64,000 nt of DNA from Candidatus Latescibacterota bacterium. Its GTDB lineage: Bacteria > Latescibacterota > UBA2968 > GCA-2709665. Position numbers and translations under genes: made by a program. The notes under the pieces were generated by a model that was not told the DNA's origin, searched no databases, and saw only the letters and a program-made list of their open reading frames with translations. The DNA lies in the NCBI GenBank assembly GCA_965219455.1, contig OZ244744.1, forward strand, positions 1,248,001 to 1,312,000, read 5' to 3'. Every line of letters starts with the position of its first letter. Within the stretch, counting starts at the first letter, position 1. This document shows positions 60,411-64,000 of the stretch, piece after piece.

Positions 60411-62326
60411 GCCCCTGAAATGCAGCAAGGGCAGCCAGAAGAATTGGGACATCGACCCCGAAACGGGATTTAACGCATGCAAGGCTCTCAAAGGGCGCCT
60501 CAATGAGTTGCAAAACGCAACAGAGGAGGAATTGGATCTGGTCCGGCGCGCGGTCTTGAAACCGATTCTCGCGGGGCTCAGGCAGTTTGCACTGGACTAT
60601 GCCGACCAGCGTCGAAGAGAGGGCCGGGCGGAGTTCCACGATCTGCTGGTCTGGGCCCGCGACCTGCTCCGCGACAATCTCCCGGTGCGAGATCACTTGC
60701 GCGGGCGCTTCACGCACGTGCTCATCGACGAAGTCCAGGACACCGACCCCATACAGGCGGAAATCGCCATGTTCCTGTGCGAGGACGTCCCCGACGGGCA
60801 GACGGACCGTCCTCGTGCGACCACCTGGGATCAGGTGGTGCCGAAAAAGGGCAGGATATTCGTCGTAGGCGATCCCAAGCAGTCGATCTACCGCTTTCGT
60901 CGCGCCGACGTGGTCCAGATGGAACGGGTCAGGGAACGGATGGAGCATGCCGGTGGGCGAACGGTGAGCCTGTCGCAGAATTTCCGATCGCACCAAAGGC
61001 TCGTCGCGTGGGTCAATTATCTCTTTCAGCACTGGATGGGACAAGATCAGGAACAGGCCGGCATCGAGGGATATTACCAGGCCAGGTACGAGGACATGTC
61101 CCCCCGCTGGGCCGGTGAACCTCCGTCAGGCTGCGCGCCGCGGGTGTGGGCGCTTTCCGACAAGGCGGTCGATGCGGACATCGACGCGATTCGCAGGAAG
61201 GAAGCGCGAGAAATCGCCCGACTGCTTCGCCGGATGGTGGACGAAAAGTGGCAGAAGCTGGATGGAGACGCTACCAGGGCCAGCGGACGTGAGACCTTCG
61301 CATCGGTCACGTATTCCGACGTCTGCATCCTGATGCCCGGCCGAACCGGCGTTTCGATATTGGAGCGAGGACTCGAGGAGGGGAAAATCCCCTACCGTCT
61401 GGAAAGCGCGTCGCTGATTTTCGAAACCCAGGAAATCCGCGATCTGTTGAATTGCCTCAGGGCCATCGACGATCCCGGGGACCAGGTGGCTGTCGTCGCC
61501 GCGCTGCGCTCGCCGGCCTTCGGATGCAGCGACGTCGATCTGCTCAGGCACTATGAAGGCGGGGGTGGATTCGATTATCTGCAGCCGCGCGCCGGATGAG
61601 GCGCGCGACGACAGACGCCGACCCGACGCGGAACCGGTGCATACCGTTAAGGCTCGGGATGAGTGGTTGAACAAGCGTGAGGAGCTGATTGAGGAATTGG
61701 GTCGACCTGCATCGGTAGCCGCGACCTCACTTGGTAGTGGATTGCGGGAGGAAAAGGGCGAATCGGAGAGTCCCGAGCCGTGGCGGCGGGGGCGCGCCGG
61801 AACGTCGGTGGGTCGAGCCGTCCACGCCGTGCTGCAGTCGATCGACCCGGCTACCGGCGAGGACATCGATGACCGCGCACGGGCGCAGGCCGCCGCCGAG
61901 GGCATACCGGGCCGAAAAGATGAAATCGCCCGACTGTCTCGCGTTGCGATAGACAGCGCCATCGTCAAGCGGGCCGTAGCTTCCGGCCGGTATTGGCGAG
62001 AGGTGCCCGTGGCCGTTGCGATCGGCGACGGATCCCTTCACGGTTTCATCGACCTGTTGTTCGAAGAGCACGGCGATCTGGTCGTGATTGATTTCAAGAC
62101 CGATTCCGTCAGCGCGGCCGAGGTTGCCGGCCCACTCAAGGACAACTATCGCCTGCAGGGCGGCGCCTACGCCCACGCCATCCGCCACGTAACCGGCAAG
62201 GTTGTCAGGGAAGTGGGGTTCGTCTACCTCCAACCCCGATGCGAGGTGAGGTTGGAAGACCTGCGCCAGGCCATGCGGCATGCGGAAGCAGAAGCCCAAA
62301 AGTCCCTGAACCCCGCGGGAAAGTAG
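60411..62326 (+). pseudogene. AddA/UvrD-like helicase-nuclease remnant (N-terminus lost, deletion at ~61595)
   Basis: IDEVQDT, VGDPKQSIYRFRRAD, QNFRS, LRSP; then in another frame GRAVHAVL, REVP, GFIDL, DFKTD, QGGAY; Walker A and the C-terminal helicase motifs are missing. Confidence 0.8.
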
Positions 62327-62498
62327 AACCGCCTGAAGATGCGTCTCTTGTGGGCGAACGCGGCCATAATGGAATGGGGGTCAGCCGACAGAGCACGTGG
62401 CCGGGAGTTGCGCGGCGCCCACAGATATAAGAAAATTTGTGACAATACAAGAAATCTTGTATACGACTGTTTGTGACCATTTCGTCCATGAGACGGCT

Positions 62499-62696
62499 AG
62501 TGTTCTGTCCCAGAAATAGGTTGCCTAAATTCGGCCGTCGAGTCGCCCGCCTCGCAAGGCGCCAGAGCGCAGGCGACCTGCGTAAGTTCGGCGAGCGAAG
62601 GCAACGCCGCGAGACCTGCCTGTCGCGCGTTGCTTGGCGCAGGCAGGCGGGATGAATCGGCGGCAGAATGGTTAGATATTTTTGAGACAGGACACT
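62499..62696. mobile_element. MITE copy 3 (with 33-bp nested insert), CTAG at both ends
   Basis: AGTGTTCTGTCCCAGAAATA ... TATTTTTGAGACAGGACACT. Confidence 0.85.
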
Positions 62697-62792
62697 AGCA
62701 CCTACGCACCAATCTTCCAAGTGTTTTTGCCTTTTCATTCGTGTCTATCGGTGTTCATCGGTAGTTGCATTTGCCTTTCCCCCAGCCCCCGC

Positions 62793-64000
62793 TCAAGATG
62801 ACGCTGTTTTACCGAAATCGTTGACAAATATCAGAAAATCGCCAAACCCAATCTCGCCATTGCCATTCAGATCATACCGAGCGTCATACCTCGCATCGCC
62901 CCGGCTTAATCCGAATTGATCTACAAATCCCAAAAAATCGGCAAAGTCAACCGTACCACTGCCATCAAAGTCTGCGGGAAGAGCGGGTTTGTCAAACAGG
63001 ACCGCAACACCTCTCTTTTCCAGGTCTGGAATATATGTGTTGATGGCTGCTGAACTCAGCGGGTTGTCCTCGAGATTCAATGTGGTCAGGTTGGTTGCAA
63101 ATTCAAGCCCGATCAAATCGCGGATCTCTCGGTTCCTCAGGTCAAGTGTGGTCAAGCGTTCCACCTCAGCCCTGGTCAGAGGTCCGTAGCCGGATTTGCC
63201 CAAGGCTTCCCGAACGGCCGCTTTGAGGTTGAAGTCGGCCATATGTACTACGGGTGTGACATAAGGCGACAGGTTCCACAAGACGATGGTGTAATCCCCC
63301 TCTCTTTCATAACCGCCGCCTATTGACGTGGCGAAAGTTGTGCCATCGGGGGAAAATGCTGTACAAGCACCAAGCAGTCCAGCGTTAGTGTTGCCCTGAA
63401 ATCTCGCGATTCTTTCGTATGTATTTGCATCCCGAAGATCAATATCCCCACCCTGTGACGCGGTGATAATTTTTTCGCCATCAAGGGTAAATGACGCATA
63501 ACGGAGAAGATTATTCACCCTTACTATAAATTGATCCTTAAAGGCTCTTTTATCCACGTCCCAAAAAGCGACTTTGTTATTAAAAGCACCTGAAACGAGT
63601 GTTTTACCATCCGGTGAGAATGACACAGAAGTGACCGCGTTCTCATAGGGAAGGTTGGCAATCTCGGTCTTTGTCGCCACGTCCCATAGCCTGATCGTGC
63701 TATCAAAAGCACCCGAAGCGAGAGTCTTTCCATCCGGTGAAAATGCCACGCTCTGGACACCATGTGTATGGCCTATAAGAGGGGGGAGTTGGGTTTTTGT
63801 GGACATGTCCCATAGCCTGATTATGTTTGGGCCGCTCCCTTCGGCATCCGTTATTCCTGCGGCGAGGATTTTTCCATCGGGCGAAAAGGCCACACCTTTG
63901 GCGCTATTCCCCTTCTGTCTGTCCAGGGGGATGATGAGTTTGTGGGTCGAATTATGCAGCATCGAAAGGCCTATTTTGCGGATATTGCCGCGCGTATCCA
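62793..64000 (-). CDS. WD40-repeat + short LRR + C-terminal dockerin-like tag protein; 5' end beyond the window
   Basis: Frame open to the window edge; SVAFSPDGKTLASG repeats, DFNLKAAVREALG cap, DFDGSGTVDFADF...DLNGNGEIGFGDF; visibly lower GC than its flanks. Confidence 0.88.
   Translation of the reverse strand, partial: DTRGNIRKIGLSMLHNSTHKLIIPLDRQKGNSAKGVAFSPDGKILAAGITDAEGSGPNIIRLWDMSTKTQLPPLIGHTHGVQSVAFSPDGKTLASGAFDSTIRLWDVATKTEIANLPYENAVTSVSFSPDGKTLVSGAFNNKVAFWDVDKRAFKDQFIVRVNNLLRYASFTLDGEKIITASQGGDIDLRDANTYERIARFQGNTNAGLLGACTAFSPDGTTFATSIGGGYEREGDYTIVLWNLSPYVTPVVHMADFNLKAAVREALGKSGYGPLTRAEVERLTTLDLRNREIRDLIGLEFATNLTTLNLEDNPLSSAAINTYIPDLEKRGVAVLFDKPALPADFDGSGTVDFADFLGFVDQFGLSRGDARYDARYDLNGNGEIGFGDFLIFVNDFGKTASS

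Overview
A 64-kb GC-rich bacterial window. The gene content (many secreted WD40/LRR/NHL/FG-GAP repeat proteins with a paired-EF-hand dockerin-like tag, plus a FlgD-type C-terminal domain remnant) resembles host-associated, e.g. sponge-symbiont, Latescibacterota/Gemmatimonadota-like genomes; this taxonomy is inference only. Housekeeping and metabolic genes: rsgA, lon, lepA-lepB-hemW-thrB-SLBB export protein-Wzz/GumC, tsaC, two core MetE-like proteins, M32 carboxypeptidase, nucleoside hydrolase, PhoX, two enolase-superfamily enzymes and two Gfo/Idh/MocA oxidoreductases. Main observations: (1) a 14-29.9 kb tandem array of five secreted signal peptide + dockerin-like + zinc-metalloprotease genes. 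Four carry variable internalin-type LRRs and show all four combinations of two 5' cassettes and two 3' tails. (2) The same dockerin-like tag occurs on eight proteins. (3) A SelW/Rdx selenoprotein (CxxU) with a SECIS-like hairpin is missed by the ORF track. (4) Tiny 27-36 bp CCTGYCTG...CAGRCAGG hairpins are inserted without target duplication into other repeats, with empty sites visible in the same window. (5) An internally deleted IS256 splits a FlgD-type gene end. (6) An addAB-like operon has been shortened by several deletions. No rRNA, tRNA, CRISPR array or reverse transcriptase was seen. All calls are by eye, without database searches.
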